64,000 nucleotides of DNA, taken from contig JAHRHZ010000085.1 in assembly GCA_024137785.1 (NCBI GenBank), positions 1,863,941 to 1,927,940 on the forward strand, written 5' to 3'. The translations under genes were made by a program, and so were the position numbers. This document shows, one piece after another, positions 13,736-27,679 of the stretch (position 1 is its first letter; each line of letters opens with the position of its first letter). Below the pieces are notes generated by a model. It was given only the letters and a program-made list of their open reading frames with translations, searched no databases and had not been told where the DNA came from. This DNA is from Ginglymostoma cirratum. Lineage: Eukaryota.

Positions 13736-15125
13736 TATTTCCTTGTTCACTCGTGGGATGTGGGTGCCACTGGCTAGCCAACAGTTATCATCTGTCTGTC
13801 CCTAGTTGCCCTTGAGAAGGTGGTGGTGAGATGTCTTCTTGAACTGCTGCAGTCCAAGTAGACCCACAATGGCAGAACCCTTAGGAGTATTGGTGTGCAG
13901 GTCCACAGATCACTGAAGGTACCACCACAGGTAGATAAGGTAGTAAAAGAGGTCTATGGCATGTTTTCCTTCATTGGAAGGGGCTTTGAGTATAAGGATA
14001 GCCAAGTTATGCCACAGCTTTATAGAACTTTAGTTAGGCCACACGTGGAATATTAAATACAGTTCTGGTCACCACACTACCAGAAGGATGTGGATGCTTT
14101 GGAGAAGGTACAGAAAAAAATTACCAGGGATTTGCCTGGTATGGAGGATTTTAGCTATGAAGAAAGGTTGGATACACTGCATTTGTTTTGACTGGAGTGC
14201 AGGAGGTTGAGGAGCAACCTGATAGAAGTTTATAAGATTGTGAATGGCATGGATCGAGTGGAAAGTATGAGGCTTTTTTCCCAGGGTGGAAGGGTCAATT
14301 ACTTGGGGACACAGGTTCATGGTGCGAGGGGTAAAGTTTAAAACAGATGTGCAAGGCACATTTTTCACACAATTGATGATGAGTGCCTGGAACATGCTGC
14401 CAGAGGAGGTGGTGGAAGCAGATACATGAGCAGCATTCAAGAAGCACCTGTATGAATACATGAATAGGAAGGGAATAGAGGAATACCGATCCTGTAGATA
14501 TAGACAGTTTTAACATGGAAGGGCAATATGTGTTGGTGCAGGCTTGGAGGGCCAAAGGGGCTGTCTTTGTGCTGTATCGTTTGTTGTTCTTTGTCCTTAT
14601 GGAGGGAATTCTGGAATTTTGACTCAGCGACAGTGAAGGACCAGTGATTTATTTCTGAGTCAGGGTGGTGAGTGGCTTAGTAAGGAACTTCCAGGTGGTA
14701 GGGGTCCCATGTATCTGCTGCCTTTGTCCTCCTGGATGGAAATGTTTGTGGCTTTGGAAGGTGCAGTCTAAAGATCTTTGGCAAATTTCTGTTATTGAGA
14801 TAGTACACGCTGCTGCTACTGAGCATTGGTGGTGAAAGGATTGGATGTTTGTGGATGTGGTGCCAACAGAGCGGGTTGCTTTGTCCTGGATGCTGTCAGG
14901 TGTCTTGAGGTTGTTGGAGCTGCACCCATCCAGGCAAGTGGGCCAATTCCATCACACTCCTAATTTGTGCCTTGTAGATGCTGGATAGTCTTTAGGGAGT
15001 CAGGAGGTGAGTTACTTGCTACAGTATTCCTAGCCTCTGACCCTTTTTGCCACTGTATCATTATGGTGAGTCCAGTTGAGTTTTGGGTCAATGGTAATCT
15101 CCAGGATGTTGATAGTGGGGGACAA
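13735..15125 (-). mobile_element. 3' part of the tRNA-headed LINE family, with a + strand CR1 (13875-14595) inserted
   Basis: Antisense tail ttcactcgtgggatgtggg... matches 21400-21478. The inner CR1 has the QFWSPHY.KDV motif. Confidence 0.75.
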
Positions 15126-15639
15126 ATCTTCCACATTGTTGAGTAGATGCCAGTGTTGTAACTATACTAGAGAAGCTTGGCCTGGGCTGCATCAAGTTCT
15201 GGAGCACCAGTTGTACGTTGCACAGCGCGACCATCAGAAGAGCACAGTGTTTTCCACCTATGATGACCAGCAGAAAGGAGAGAAACAGAATGAGCAGGAA
15301 AAGTAAGTGAAGGAGGGAGAGCAGGAGGTGAAAGAAAAGAAGAAGAGAAAACGCTTTAAGCACTTTTTCAGCCAAAGTGACCTTGACTGACTGACTGTAA
15401 ACTAACAAACACAACCCCAATTTCACATTCACAAACCTTCCATATCTTTGCTTGCTTCTGTTGCTGACCATCACAGTATCATCTTGGTAATAATGCTCAA
15501 CAGAAAATCAATATAAGCATTGCAAACCTAACTTACAAAACAGAGCATGCCACATTGCATGCAAATATTAATTATCATTCTGGTGCCTTTGGTATCTGGC
15601 TGCCATGACTTTTTGTCTGTTATTGTGTTCCTATGCAGT

Positions 15640-17020
15640 AATCTGGTCTACCAGTTTTAGTAAGGGTATTATCAAGCTCGAGAGGGTTCAGAAAAGATTC
15701 ACCAGGATGTTGTTGGGAATGGAAGACTTGAGTAATAGGGGGAAGCTGGACAGGCTGGGACTTTTTCACTGGAGAATAGGAAATTGAGGAATGATCTTAT
15801 AGAAGTTTTTAAAATCATGAGGGGTAATGACAGGTGTCTTAGATAGAGAAGAACATTACAGCGTAGTACAGGCCCTTTGGCCCTCGATGTTGCGCCAACC
15901 TGTGAAACCAATCTGAAGCCCATCTAACCTACACTATTCCATTATCATCCATATGTTTATCCAACGACCATTTAAATGCCCTTAAAGTTGGCGAGTCTAA
16001 TACTGCTGCAGGCAAGGCATTCCATGCCCTTACTACTCTCTGAGTAAAGAATCTACCTCTGACATCTGTCCTATATCTATCACCCCTCAATTTAAAGCTA
16101 TGTCCCCTTGTGCTAGCCNNNNNNNNNNNNNNNNNNNNNNNNNNNNNNNNNNNNNNNNNNNNNNNNNNNNNNNNNNNNNNNNNNNNNNNNNNNNNNNNNN
16201 NNNNNNNNNNNNNNNNNNTCCATACCAGGCAACATCCCAGTAAATCTCCTCTGCACCCTTTCCAATGCTTCCACATCCTTCCTATAATGCGGTGACCAGA
16301 ACTGTACGCAATACTCCAAGTGCGGCCGCACCAGAGTTTTGTACAGCTGCAACATGACCTCACGGCTCCGAAACTCAATCGCTCTATCAATAAAACCTAA
16401 CACACTGTGCGCCTTCTTAACAACCCTATCGTCCTGGGTGGCAACTTTCAGGGATCTATGCACATGAACACCGAGATCTCTCTGCTCGTCCACCCTACCA
16501 AGAATCTTACCATTAGCCCTGTACTCTGTATTCCTGTTACTCATTCCAAAGTGAATCACCTCACACTTTTCCACATTAAACTCCATTTGCCACCTCTCAG
16601 CCCAGCTCTGCAGCTTATCTATGTCCCTCTGTAATCTGCAACATCCTTCCGCACTATCCACAACTCCACCGACTTCAGTGTCATCCGCAAATTTACTAAC
16701 CCATCCTTCTACGCCCTCATCCAGGTCATTTATAAAAATGACAAACAGCAGTGGCAACAGATCCTTGCGGTATACCTATGATGGGAGATTCATCCCTATG
16801 ATGGGGGGTTTCAAGTCTCAGGGGCATAATTTTAAGGTGAGAAGAGAAAGATTTAAAAAGGACATGAGGGGCAACATTTTTACACAGAGAGTGGTTTGCA
16901 TGTTGAATGGACTTCCAGAGAGAGTGATAAATGTGGATACAGTTACAATGTTTAAAAGACAAGATTATGGTCGCATGGACTGAAGGGTCTGTTTCCGTGC
17001 TGTATGACTCTATGACTCCC
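15640..17020. mobile_element. CR1 (+, 15640-15840 and 16790-17020) with a nested young CR1 (-, 15845-16752)
   Basis: ORF 16113-16757 contains FVIFINDLDEG...KFADDT...HLEYCVQFWSPHY. Confidence 0.9.
16119..16218. other. Assembly gap (100 N)
   Basis: Run of N inside a CR1 copy. Confidence 1.
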
Positions 17021-17689
17021 AATACCATGTTGCATGAGTCATGGAAAGTTGTTGCATTTCATATGAGATGACTGCTGCTGTTCTTGGAGAATGACTGTGA
17101 GCAGCCATAAGACCACAATGTAGGTCTTGCTACTTCACCTTATTTGATGCAGTTGAGGCTGCTTGACATTAAAAAGCACTGATAGCGTGGCACTGTGGAG
17201 CATTAAACACAGTAATCCTGAGAAAGGATCTTTGTGCTGTGCTGCAACTTCCTTGAGAAAGTGCCTTAACAGTCGTAGTACTTACTTGGAGGGCTGTGAC
17301 ACACAGCCTACCATTTTGAACATTGATCTTTGTAGTCATGATGAAAACGGTCTAAGCTTGCATGACTGCATTGACCTTTATATCGCTGATATCTGAGCTT
17401 CTGCAACAACACTAGGTGTTGGCACTTCCTGCTTGTTTTCCCATTTGAAGCTGCTACATTGGCCATCAGACACAGCTTCATTTTCTGGTCCACAGTAGTC
17501 CTTATGTAGTTGCCTACTTTTCTTTCCTGCAAGTTTCTAAGCAGAACTCTGTGCCCTTTGATGTTCTGACAGGGCAGTAACTGTCTCCTTGTTCAGGCCC
17601 ATATCCTTTTATTGTATAATGTTCTGGTCATTATATTACGGGAAAGATGAGTTCACTTTGGAATGTATACACAGAAAATGTGAACAATG

Positions 17690-20600
17690 GGGGAGGTGCT
17701 GGCCTGGTACTATTATTGCTAGACTATTAGCCCAGAGACTCAGCTAATGTTTTGGGGACCCAGGTTCAAATCACACACAGCACAATTCAATAAAATATGT
17801 GGAATTAAGAATCTACTAATGACAAATGAAATCATTGTCAAATGTCTGATGTCCTTCAGAGAAGGAAATCTGCCATCCTCAGCTAGTCTGGCCTACATGT
17901 GACTCCAGACCCACAGCAATGTGGTTGACTCCTAACTATGGCTTGGCAAACCATTCCGACGTACTAATTGCTGCAAAGTCTCAAAGATATGAAACTGGAC
18001 AGATCACCTGGCATCAACCTAGGCACCAGAAAAGACAACAGAAAAAACAGCCCTGTTGACCCTGCAAAGTCCTCCTTCCTAACATCTGGGGTTGAGTGCC
18101 AAAATTGGGAGAGCTGTCTCATAGACTAGTCAAGCAACAGCCTGACATAGTCATGCTTGCGGAATTTACATCTTACAGACAATGTCCCAGACACCACCAT
18201 CACCCATCCTTGGATATGTCCTGACCCAGCAGCAGGACAGACACAGCAGAGGTGGCATCACAGTGCTGAAGAATCAGGATGGAGTTTCCCTGGGAGTCTT
18301 CAACATTGACTCTAAGCCCCATGAAGTCTCATTGGTTCAGGATAAACATGGGCAAGGAAACTTTCTGGTGATGATACCATCCTCCCTTGGCTGATGAATA
18401 GCGACTCCTCCATGTTGAACAACACTTGGAAGATGCACTGAGGATGGCAAGGGCACAAAATGTACTCTGGGTGAGGGATTTCAGTGTTCACCACCAAGAG
18501 TGGCTTAGTAGCAGTCCAGCTGATTGAGCTGGTCGAGTCCTCAAGCACATAGCTACTAGACTGGATCTGCAGCAGGAGTTGAGGGAATCAACAGGAGGGA
18601 AAAGTATATATACCTCATCCTTGCCAATCTGGCAACTTTAGACGCATCTGTCCCGGACAGTATCGGTAAGAATGACCACCGCACAGTACATGTAGAGAAG
18701 AAGTCCTGCCTTCATATTTAGAATAACCATTCTGTTGTCTGGCAGTTTCACCATGCTAAATGGGACAGACTTCAAACAGATCTAGCAACTCAAGAATGAG
18801 CATCCATGAGGCACTGTGGGTCATCAACAGCAGCAGAATTTTACTCCAGCACAATTTGCAATCTCATAGCCTAGCATATTCCCAAATCAACCATTGCCAC
18901 CAAGCCAAGGGATCAGCCATAGTTCAATGCAGAGTGCAGAAAGGCATGCCAGGAGCAGCACCAGGCATACCTGAAAATGTGGTGTCAACCTGGTGAAGCC
19001 ACCAAACAGGACTACTTGCATGCCAAACAGCATAAGCAGCAAGTGATAGACAGAGTTAAGTGAACCCGGAACCAACGAATCAGATCTAAACTCTGCAGCC
19101 CTGCCACATCCAGTTGTGAATGGTGGTGGACAATTAAACAAATCACTGCAGGAGGAGGCTCCACAAATATCCCCATCTTCAATGGTGGAAGAGCCCAGCA
19201 CATCAGTGCAAAAGACAAGGCTGAACCACTGACAGCAATCTTCAGCAATAAATACCAAGTGGACTATTCGTCTCGGCCTCCTCCAGTGGTCCGCATCATA
19301 ACAGATGCCAGTCTTCAGCCAAGTTAATTCACTCCAAATGGAGACACTGGACACGGCAAAGGCTACAGATCCTGACAACATTCTGGCAATAGTACTGATG
19401 ACTTGAGCTCCAGAACTTACCATTCCCCTAGCCGAGCTCTTCCAGTACAGTAACAACACTGGCATCTACTCAACAATGTGCATAAAAAGCAGGAGAAATC
19501 CAACCCAACCAGTTGATCATCCCATCAGTCTAATCTTGATCATCAGCACAGTGATGGAAGGTCACATCACAGTTCTATCAAGTAGCACTTGCTCAGCCAT
19601 AACCTGATGAGTGATACCCAGTTTGATTCTGCTCAGCTCCTGGCTTCATTATAATTTTGGCTCAAACAGGGACAAAAGAACTCAATTCCAGGGGTGAAGT
19701 GAGACTGACATCACTTGAAATCAAAGCCACATTTGACCAACTGTGGCACTAAGGAGCCCTAGCAAAACTGGAATCATTGAGTATTGGGACAAACTCTCCA
19801 CTGGTTGGAGTTTTATCTGAAACATAGGAAGATGGCCATGGTTGCTGGAGGTCAGTCATCTCAGATCCAGGATATCTCTGCAGGAGTTCCTCAGGGTAGT
19901 GTCCTCAGGCCAACTATCTTCAGCTGCTTCATCAAGGAGTTTCGCTCCATCATAGGGTCAGAGTTGGAGATGTTCACCAATGACTGCAGAGTGTTCAGCA
20001 CCATTCGCAACTCCTCAGATACTGAAGCAGTCCATGTTCAATTGCAACAAAATCTGGACAATATCCAGGCTTGGGATGACAGGTGGCAAGTAACATTTGT
20101 GCCAAACAAATGCCAGGCAATGACCATCACCAATAAGAGACAAATCTGACCACCGATCCTTGACATTCAATGGTGTTACCATCACTGCATCCTCCACTAT
20201 CAACATCCTGGGGGTTACCATTGACCAGAAACTCAACTGACTCACCACATAAACACAGTGGGTACATGAACAGGCCAGAGGCTAGGAATACTGTGGTGAG
20301 TAACTCACCTCCTGATTTCCTAAAGCCTGTCCACCAACTGCAAAGCACAAGTCAGGAGTGTGATGGAATACTCCCCACTTACCTAGATAGCAGCAGCACC
20401 AACAACATGCAGCAAGTTTGACACCATCCAGGACAAAGCAGCCAGCTTGATTGGCACTGCATGCACAAGCATCCACTCCCTCTACCACCAACGTGCAGAA
20501 TCAACAGTGTGTACTATTAACAAAATGCACTGCAGAAATTCACCAAAGATTCTCAAACAGCACCTTCCAAACCCTCAACCATTTCCATTTGATTTGAATC

Positions 20601-21478
20601 ATTTATTATCACATGTACTCAATATAAAATATAGTGAAAAGTGTGTACGATCGCATGGCATAGCACCCTTCACATTAACTAAAATAACAAATAAAAACAA
20701 GCTGACTTAGAGAGAGTCCAACTTTCCTTCTCTACTGCTGCTGTCCTGCTCCGGGCTACAGCAGCCCACACCATGCTGCTACCCCAGAGTCCCACTCCAG
20801 GCTTCCCAGATCATGCCAGGCCGCTGCCAGAGTCTCGTTCTGGGTTTCACCATCCCAGGTCATGCTGCCACCAAAGACTTTGATCTGGACTATTCCAGCC
20901 CATGCCATGCCGCTGCCATCGGCCTACTCCACGCGGAAGTGAAAGTCCCGCTCCAGGCTTCACAGGCCAGCAGACTCTGCAGCCACATGCTTCTGAAGAT
21001 GCTACCACTGCTCCAGAGCCCATTGGAGCCGCCTTCCTGCCGAAGAGCTCTCTTTATCAGTTAAGTTTGAGCAAAACCTAAATAAAACCGAGAAAAGAAG
21101 AAGCGAAAAAGAAAAAGCAAATGAAGAGGACAAGCCCAGGAGCCTAGATGCTTCCCACTCTGCCATTCCCATTTACTATAGAAATCTATAAGGAGAAGGG
21201 CAGCAAATACATGGAACACCATTACGTTCAAATCCCCCTCCAGCTCCTCACTATCCTGACTTGGAAATATATCACCATTCCTTAATCATCCATGTCAACA
21301 TCCTGGAATTCCCTCTCTAAGGGCATTGTGGGTCAACCCACAACCGGGGTTGGAGGGGGGGTGGTGCTGTAACTGTTCAAGAACACAGTTCACTATTACC
21401 TTCTTAATGGCAACTAGGGATGTGCAATAAATGCTAGCTAGCCAGCAATGCTCCCATCCCACAAATGCATAAATAAAA
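17690..21478 (+). mobile_element. Near full-length degenerate LINE (APE endonuclease + RT) with a tRNA-SINE-like 5' head; insertion at ~20585-21170
   Basis: EN start ...NIWG..PKLGELSHRLVKQQPDIV..AE (~18080-18165), RT motifs GVPQGSVL and MFTNDC (ORF 19784), and a 3' tail shared with the short SINEs. Confidence 0.8.
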
Positions 21479-22363
21479 GTGCTGAACAATTTTAGATATG
21501 AGAGAGGGTGCCTTAAGGGAGATTAACTTGATAAAAATAAATGACAGTAACAGACCATTCACCAGCGCTCACGACCTTGGGGACACTGAAGCAGTGTTCC
21601 TATGTAGCAAGACATGCACAACATTCAGGCTTAGTCTATGAAGTGATAAGTAATATTTATACCACATATTGACCATCTTCAAGACAGAATCTAACCTCCC
21701 ATGGATATGCAACTGTATTAGTCTTGGTTTATTCCCCATATCAACAAATGAGTTTCCTTTGACTGAACTGGAACAGTGGTATAAATACTGTGGCTTAAAA
21801 GGCCGTTCAGAGATGAGGACTTCTGCGGTTAGTAACTCAACTCCTGCTGGCATTGCTGTTAAGATTCCTGAACTTAGACTATGTTTTCTTTTTTAAGTTT
21901 CTAAACAGTTTCTTAATCTCCTAGCTTGTGTTTTAAATTCATCCTCATTCATTAATTCACCAAGTGCCTTGATACTTTCAGAATTGTTGAATTTTTGTCT
22001 TCACTTACAGTCAATTTGATGCATGCTTCAAAAGCTCCAAGAAATGTTCTGTATTCGTGGAAGGAGGAGAATAGAACATTTGCAAGAATTCTATATTTGG
22101 GAAGTTTAGTATTTGCAGATAATGTCAAACACTAGCAATAGGAAAGATCATGTTTCATAAGAAGAGATGGTTGTTCACCAAAAACATTAATAAACAATTC
22201 AAAAAACGGTTTGGAAAGAGCTTGATTTGGCACCTTGTTTTGTATAGTTGTAAGACTTAGACTTTAACAAGAAAGAAGATTCGTTTATTAAATGGCTTTG
22301 AATTATGAGGTCTCAGGAGGATGGAAAGAGTCAATTGGACAAAAAAGTTAACATTGATGAAGT

Positions 22364-22550
22364 CAGAGATAGCAGGAAATGCAGATCCTGGAGAATCTGA
22401 GATAACAAGGTGCAGAGCTGGACGAACATTGCAGGCCAAGCAGCATCAGAGGAGCAGGAAGGCTGACGTTTCAGGCCTAGACCCTTCTTCAGAAATCTGA
22501 AGAAGGACTGCTTGGTCTGCTGTGTTCGTCCAGCTCTGCACCTTGTTATC
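22364..22550. mobile_element. Short palindromic Penelope-derived element with hammerhead core
   Basis: Inverted arms 22400-22443 and 22508-22551, a 15-bp TSD taaca(t/c)tgatgaagt, and minus-strand CTGAAGA-AGGGTCTAGGCCT-GAAA-CGTC. Confidence 0.8.
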
Positions 22551-23091
22551 TAACACTGATGAAGTGCTGTGAAGAGGGAAAGAAGAAAGAAATTTGTGAA
22601 TGTAATTAGGAGCCAACAAAGAGTCTAGGCAGGGCTCATTTTAAGAGGAAGTGGACTTGTAAGATACATTATGGAGGGAAGAGTTCAAGGAAAACAGAGA
22701 AAGAGGAAGAAAGAGAATATTAATGGTGGATGATTTGAAAATTGCAGGAAGTCGTTCGCAAATCAAATGACTGATTAAGCATATTGACATTCCTGTGAGC
22801 CAAGGACCTGCTTTAAGCTGAACACACATGACGACGATGATTCCCCAAACGCTCACGTTTATGATCATTTCCAGACCCCTTCTTCCACAAGAGGCTAGTT
22901 CTAATCCTTTAGGAACAGCAACTAATTGATAACTAATTAGAGATCAAGTATGTTCTCCTCTGGTCTGTATTCATTAAGGCTAGAATTGACATTCTGAGGG
23001 AAAAAAAATCTAGAATATCATTATAAATTCACCATTGTTTATGTTGTTTTAAATCAGGAGATACACACTTATCTTCTATTTTATTCAGTCA

Positions 23092-23398
23092 TCATAGAAT
23101 CATGCTCTTCGGCCCAACAAGTCCACACCGACCCTCACAGCATCCTACCCAGACCCATCCCCTGTAACCCACCTAATCTACATATCCCTCAACGCCAAGG
23201 GCAATTTAGCATGGCCAATCCACCTAACCTGCACATCTTTTGAGGAAACCGAAGCACCCGAAGGAAACCCACACAGACACAGGGAGAATGTGCAAACTCC
23301 ACACAGACAGTCACCCGAGGGTGGAAATGAACCCGGGTCCCTGGTGCTGTAGTGGTGTAGAGGCAGCAGTGCTAACCACTGAGCCACCGTGCTTGCCC
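23092..23398 (-). mobile_element. HE1-type V-SINE
   Basis: gcacggtggctcagtggttagcactgctgcc...gtgtggagtttgcacattctcc...gattggccatgctaaattgccc on the minus strand. Confidence 0.9.
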
Positions 23399-24179
23399 CA
23401 GAGTCCTGTTATTTCAGTCCGTAAAACAGTCAGATGTTTTATTCTGAAGATTAAATTATTTGGCAGGATTTTTGGTTTGTTAATCTGACTGGATGATGTT
23501 GAGAGGGTAGGGACAGAGCTGGTGCATCTCATCCATTTAGCCACATGGTGGTAGCAGAGACCAGCAATGTGAGCTCTTGCTGCCTGAAACTTCAGCCTCT
23601 GCTCAGGATTCGTGTTGGTCAGTCAAAACTGAAACAGAAGCTTCAAGTGTCCAGATATTCATATACTGGATGAACCAGTATGAAAGATGTGCATTTGAGA
23701 CCTTTTGCAGGTTTAAACTTCCCATGGGCAATGGTCCTGCATATGAAATCCTTCAGAAGAGCTTCCAACACTGAGTTAGAGCAATACACTTCAGAAAGGG
23801 TCTGACTCACTTTCCTTGGTGGAAGGATTAAAAGCAGTTTTTTCATTAACTACACCACTGCCCTCCTTCAACTCCCACTGGACTTTCCAATTCTTCCTAT
23901 TGAGATCCAACTCACCTGACCACATCCCCCGACCTGAACCTACAACCCAACATAACTGTTCCTCCCCAACCCCCAACAGTGACTCATTCGAACTGTCTCT
24001 AGACTTTATGACCTGATTGGTTAAACACTTGGCCTGATTCAATCACCTTTCTGATTCTCAATTGACCTGACATTCCCACACACTGACCTAGCTGTCACCC
24101 TAGCCACTTACACACCGACCTACCACTCTCCCCTCACAGCCACCTGTCAATCCAGTCCCCTGCTCATTTAAATTTCTGT

Positions 24180-25770
24180 AATTCATTCATGGGACATGGA
24201 CAACACTAACTGCACCAGCATTTATTGTCAAGCACTAACTGACCCTGAGAAGGGGTTGCAATGGCCTAGTGATATTATCACTGGACTGTTATTTCAGAGA
24301 CCCAGGTAAAGTTCTGTGGACCTAGGTTTGAATTCCATGATGGCAGATGGTGCAATTTTAATTTTTTAAATATCTGGAATTAAGAGTCTAATGATGACCA
24401 TGAATCCGTTGTTGATTGTCAGAAAAACCCATCTGGCTCACAAATGTCCTTTATGATGGAAAACTGTCATCCTTACCTGGTCTGGCCTATAATTGACTCC
24501 AGACCCACAGCAATGTTTTTGACTCCTAACAGCCCTCTGGGCAATTGGGGACGAACAACAGATGCTGGCCTAGCCAGTGATGCCCTCATCCCATGAATTA
24601 ACAAAAAAAAGGTAACTGTGAGCTGTCTTATTGAACTATTGTAGTCCACACACTTGTGGTACATCCACAATTCTGTTAGGAAGGGAATTCCAGGCTTATG
24701 ATCAAGCAACACTGAAGGAAAGGCAGTATTATTTCATGTTGAGTAGCTTGGAGGGGAATGTGAAGGCAGTTGTGTTCCCATGTATCTGCTGCCCTAATCC
24801 TTTTAGATAGTAGTTGTTATTGGTTTTGAAGGTGCTGTCTAAGGAGTCCTATTGAATTTCTGTAGTGCATCTAGTAGATGGTGCACATTGCTGCTAATAT
24901 GCATCAGTGGTGGAGAGAGTGAATGTTTGTGGATGTGGTGCCAATCAAGTGGGCTGCTATGTTCTGGATGGTGTCAAGCTTCTTGAATGCTGCCGAAGCT
25001 GCACTGATCCAGGCAAATGGAATGTAGTTTATCACACTCCTACATTGTGCCTTGTAGATAATGGAAAGGCTTTTGGGAATCTGGGATTGCATTACGTGCT
25101 GCAGTATTCCTAACTCTGACCTGCACTTGACTAGCCAAATAAATACAAAGGCTACGAAGTCAGTATTTGGTCAATGGTAACTCCCTGGATGTTGATAGTG
25201 TTGATGTGATGCTATCAAATGTCAGTGGGCGTTAGTTAGATACTCTCTTGTTCCAATGATCAATGCCTGATTGAATGTGTGGTGCAAATATTGCTTGCCA
25301 CTTGTCAGTGCAAGCCTGGATATTGTCCAGATTTTGCTACATTTAGGCATCGACTGTTTCATTATCTGAGGTGTCATGAATATTGCTGAATATCGTGCAA
25401 TCATCCATTACACTATGGGGACTTATGGGGTAAACTGAAATGGATCATCCACTCAGAAATTCTGGCTGAAGATCATTACAAATGCTTCAGCCTTACATTT
25501 TATACTGATGTGTTAGGCTCCCCCATCATTGAGGATATTTGTGGAACATCATCCTTCAGTGAGTTGTTTAATTGTCCACTACCATTCACGACTGGATGTG
25601 GCAGGACTGCATAGCTTAGATCTGACCATTGACTGTGAAATCATTTGACTTCTTATTCTGTTTGGTAATAGAAATAGTCCTGTGTTATAGTTTCACCAGG
25701 TTGATACCTCATTTCTAGACATGTTAAATATTTTTCCTGGCATGTCTTCCTGCATGCTTTGTTGAACCTT
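24180..25770 (-). mobile_element. Degenerate LINE of the 17690-21478 family with a nested + strand SINE (24253-24610)
   Basis: Antisense homology to 19000-21478 (e.g. ORF 24904-25092 KKLDTIQNIAAHLIGT). The SINE has head and tail plus an A-rich end. Confidence 0.75.
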
Positions 25771-27679
25771 ACAGAATTATCCTCTCTGTCACTTCTGAAA
25801 GAGGCTTGGAACCTTAAAATTATTTTTACTAAACTATGGCAGTGAATGCTCTAAGTTCAGGGATGTGGAGTGTCTTCCAGGAATGCTGTCCGCTCTGCTC
25901 CATATGAGGATTGCTGTGCTCCAGTATTTGAGATGGATACTGCTTTGATGATTGGGCCCAAAAACATCATAGGAAAATAATTAAGAAATCTTTCACCTGA
26001 TTTTGGTTTGAAATCATGATTCTGAGCCAGATTGGAAGATTTGATCCTCAAAAATGTGACTGACAGAAAGAGGACATTCAACCTGACACTCGAGTGTAAA
26101 GTGCCATTGTGGATCAGTTTGTAGAAACAGACAGAGTTTCATTTCTTCTTATGTTAATGAGAAGCTGATCCACATCATTGACAGTAGAGAACAAGTAGAA
26201 CAATTACCCCAAGTATCCCTGGTGAATAGTTGTTTTTTTTTTAATTCACTCATTGAACATGGGTGTCAATGGTTCATGAGCCTGTGCCTGCCCGAATGCC
26301 TGGAGATACTGCATTGGTTCACCAGGAATAAGGTTTGTCAAATATTTATTTGCATTGTGATCAGACATTACATTCAGTTAAATGTTGTGCAGTTGGTGCC
26401 AGTGGCCTCAAAGCCAGTTCCCTGGCACAATCCTAACACTGAGCTGCTTTGAAACAGGCCAACAATGGGTTGGATTAAGAATTGCCATTTCCTTGCCTGA
26501 TAGTCCAAGTCAACTTGATGGGAGTAGGTAGGAAAAGGTGAGGAATCTCCTCCACACGCTGACCCCTAATGACTGCAGGGCCACAATCCATCATTGCTGG
26601 CTGTCCCATGGATAGATTGCTGCCTTGCCAGTTATAGCCCAGTTCAAATGTAAAAATAAATAGCCCTGCGCTATCCTCATGATCTTTGATCCTCAATGGG
26701 CCTCTGTGATCTTTGATTCACTGGGAATTTCAAAATGTCTTTGTGAGACTTATGTTGCATGTTGCATGGGAGAGATGTTTCCCAATGGTCACATCTCTGC
26801 TTCCACTCCTCTGATTAGAAATTCAGATTATCATGTTGTATTAGTCAGGTAGACCACGCTCATCCATGCAGTTGTTTTTTGACATCACTGATGTCATGAT
26901 GATTCATTCCACTCTCTCTGCTCCGGTCCCAGTTCTACACCATCCCACACCTCCCTAAATGCCATCAAAGGTCCCCCATGATCCCTACTTGGTAGTCTAA
27001 AAAGTACGATTCCAACTTTTAGCAAATCTGCTGTTTGTAGAGATTGGTCAAAAATCGAATATCTGACAAAGTGATATGGTAATAAAGGAGCATGGTAACT
27101 TCAGAGGGACGTGGTGGCGTATTGTCACTAGACTAGCAACTCCTAAAAATTCAACAAAGCACGACAAATGAATTGATAGAGAGATAATATCAACCTGAAA
27201 TCTACAGCATGTTATAATAGCTTTAGTTGGTCTATAAAATGAAGGGATTATTGAAAGTAAATGTGGGTCCCTGGAAAGTGGATGCTGAAGGAATTATAAC
27301 AGGGAATAAAAGAAATGGCAGACATTAAACACATTAGGAGGAATTTTGTCCGAGCAATGAGGATCCTGATGGGAGATCTGGAATAGTGTGGGACTTCAGC
27401 TTCTTTAAGGAAAGGCTGACCAGGTACAATCACACGGTGACCAGCTAATTAGATACACAGAGGTGTGGAGCCCAGCCAATGGTGCGAAGGGGACGAGTAA
27501 AAACCAACAGCCCTTCATCTACTCAGAGTTTCAACATTCAGGCATCATTTACAAACAGCAGCTAGCCAGGTTTCGTGAACCTTCCAGACAAGCAGCATCA
27601 ATTTTGAAAAGTGTTCTCCTTTGGACCTTGCTGCTATTCCTCAAAAATTTGCAAAATTACCAAGCAAACAACACATGGC

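Noticed and set aside
18887-19465. 192-aa minus-strand ORF
   Set aside because: It is the antisense shadow of the LINE at 17690-21478.
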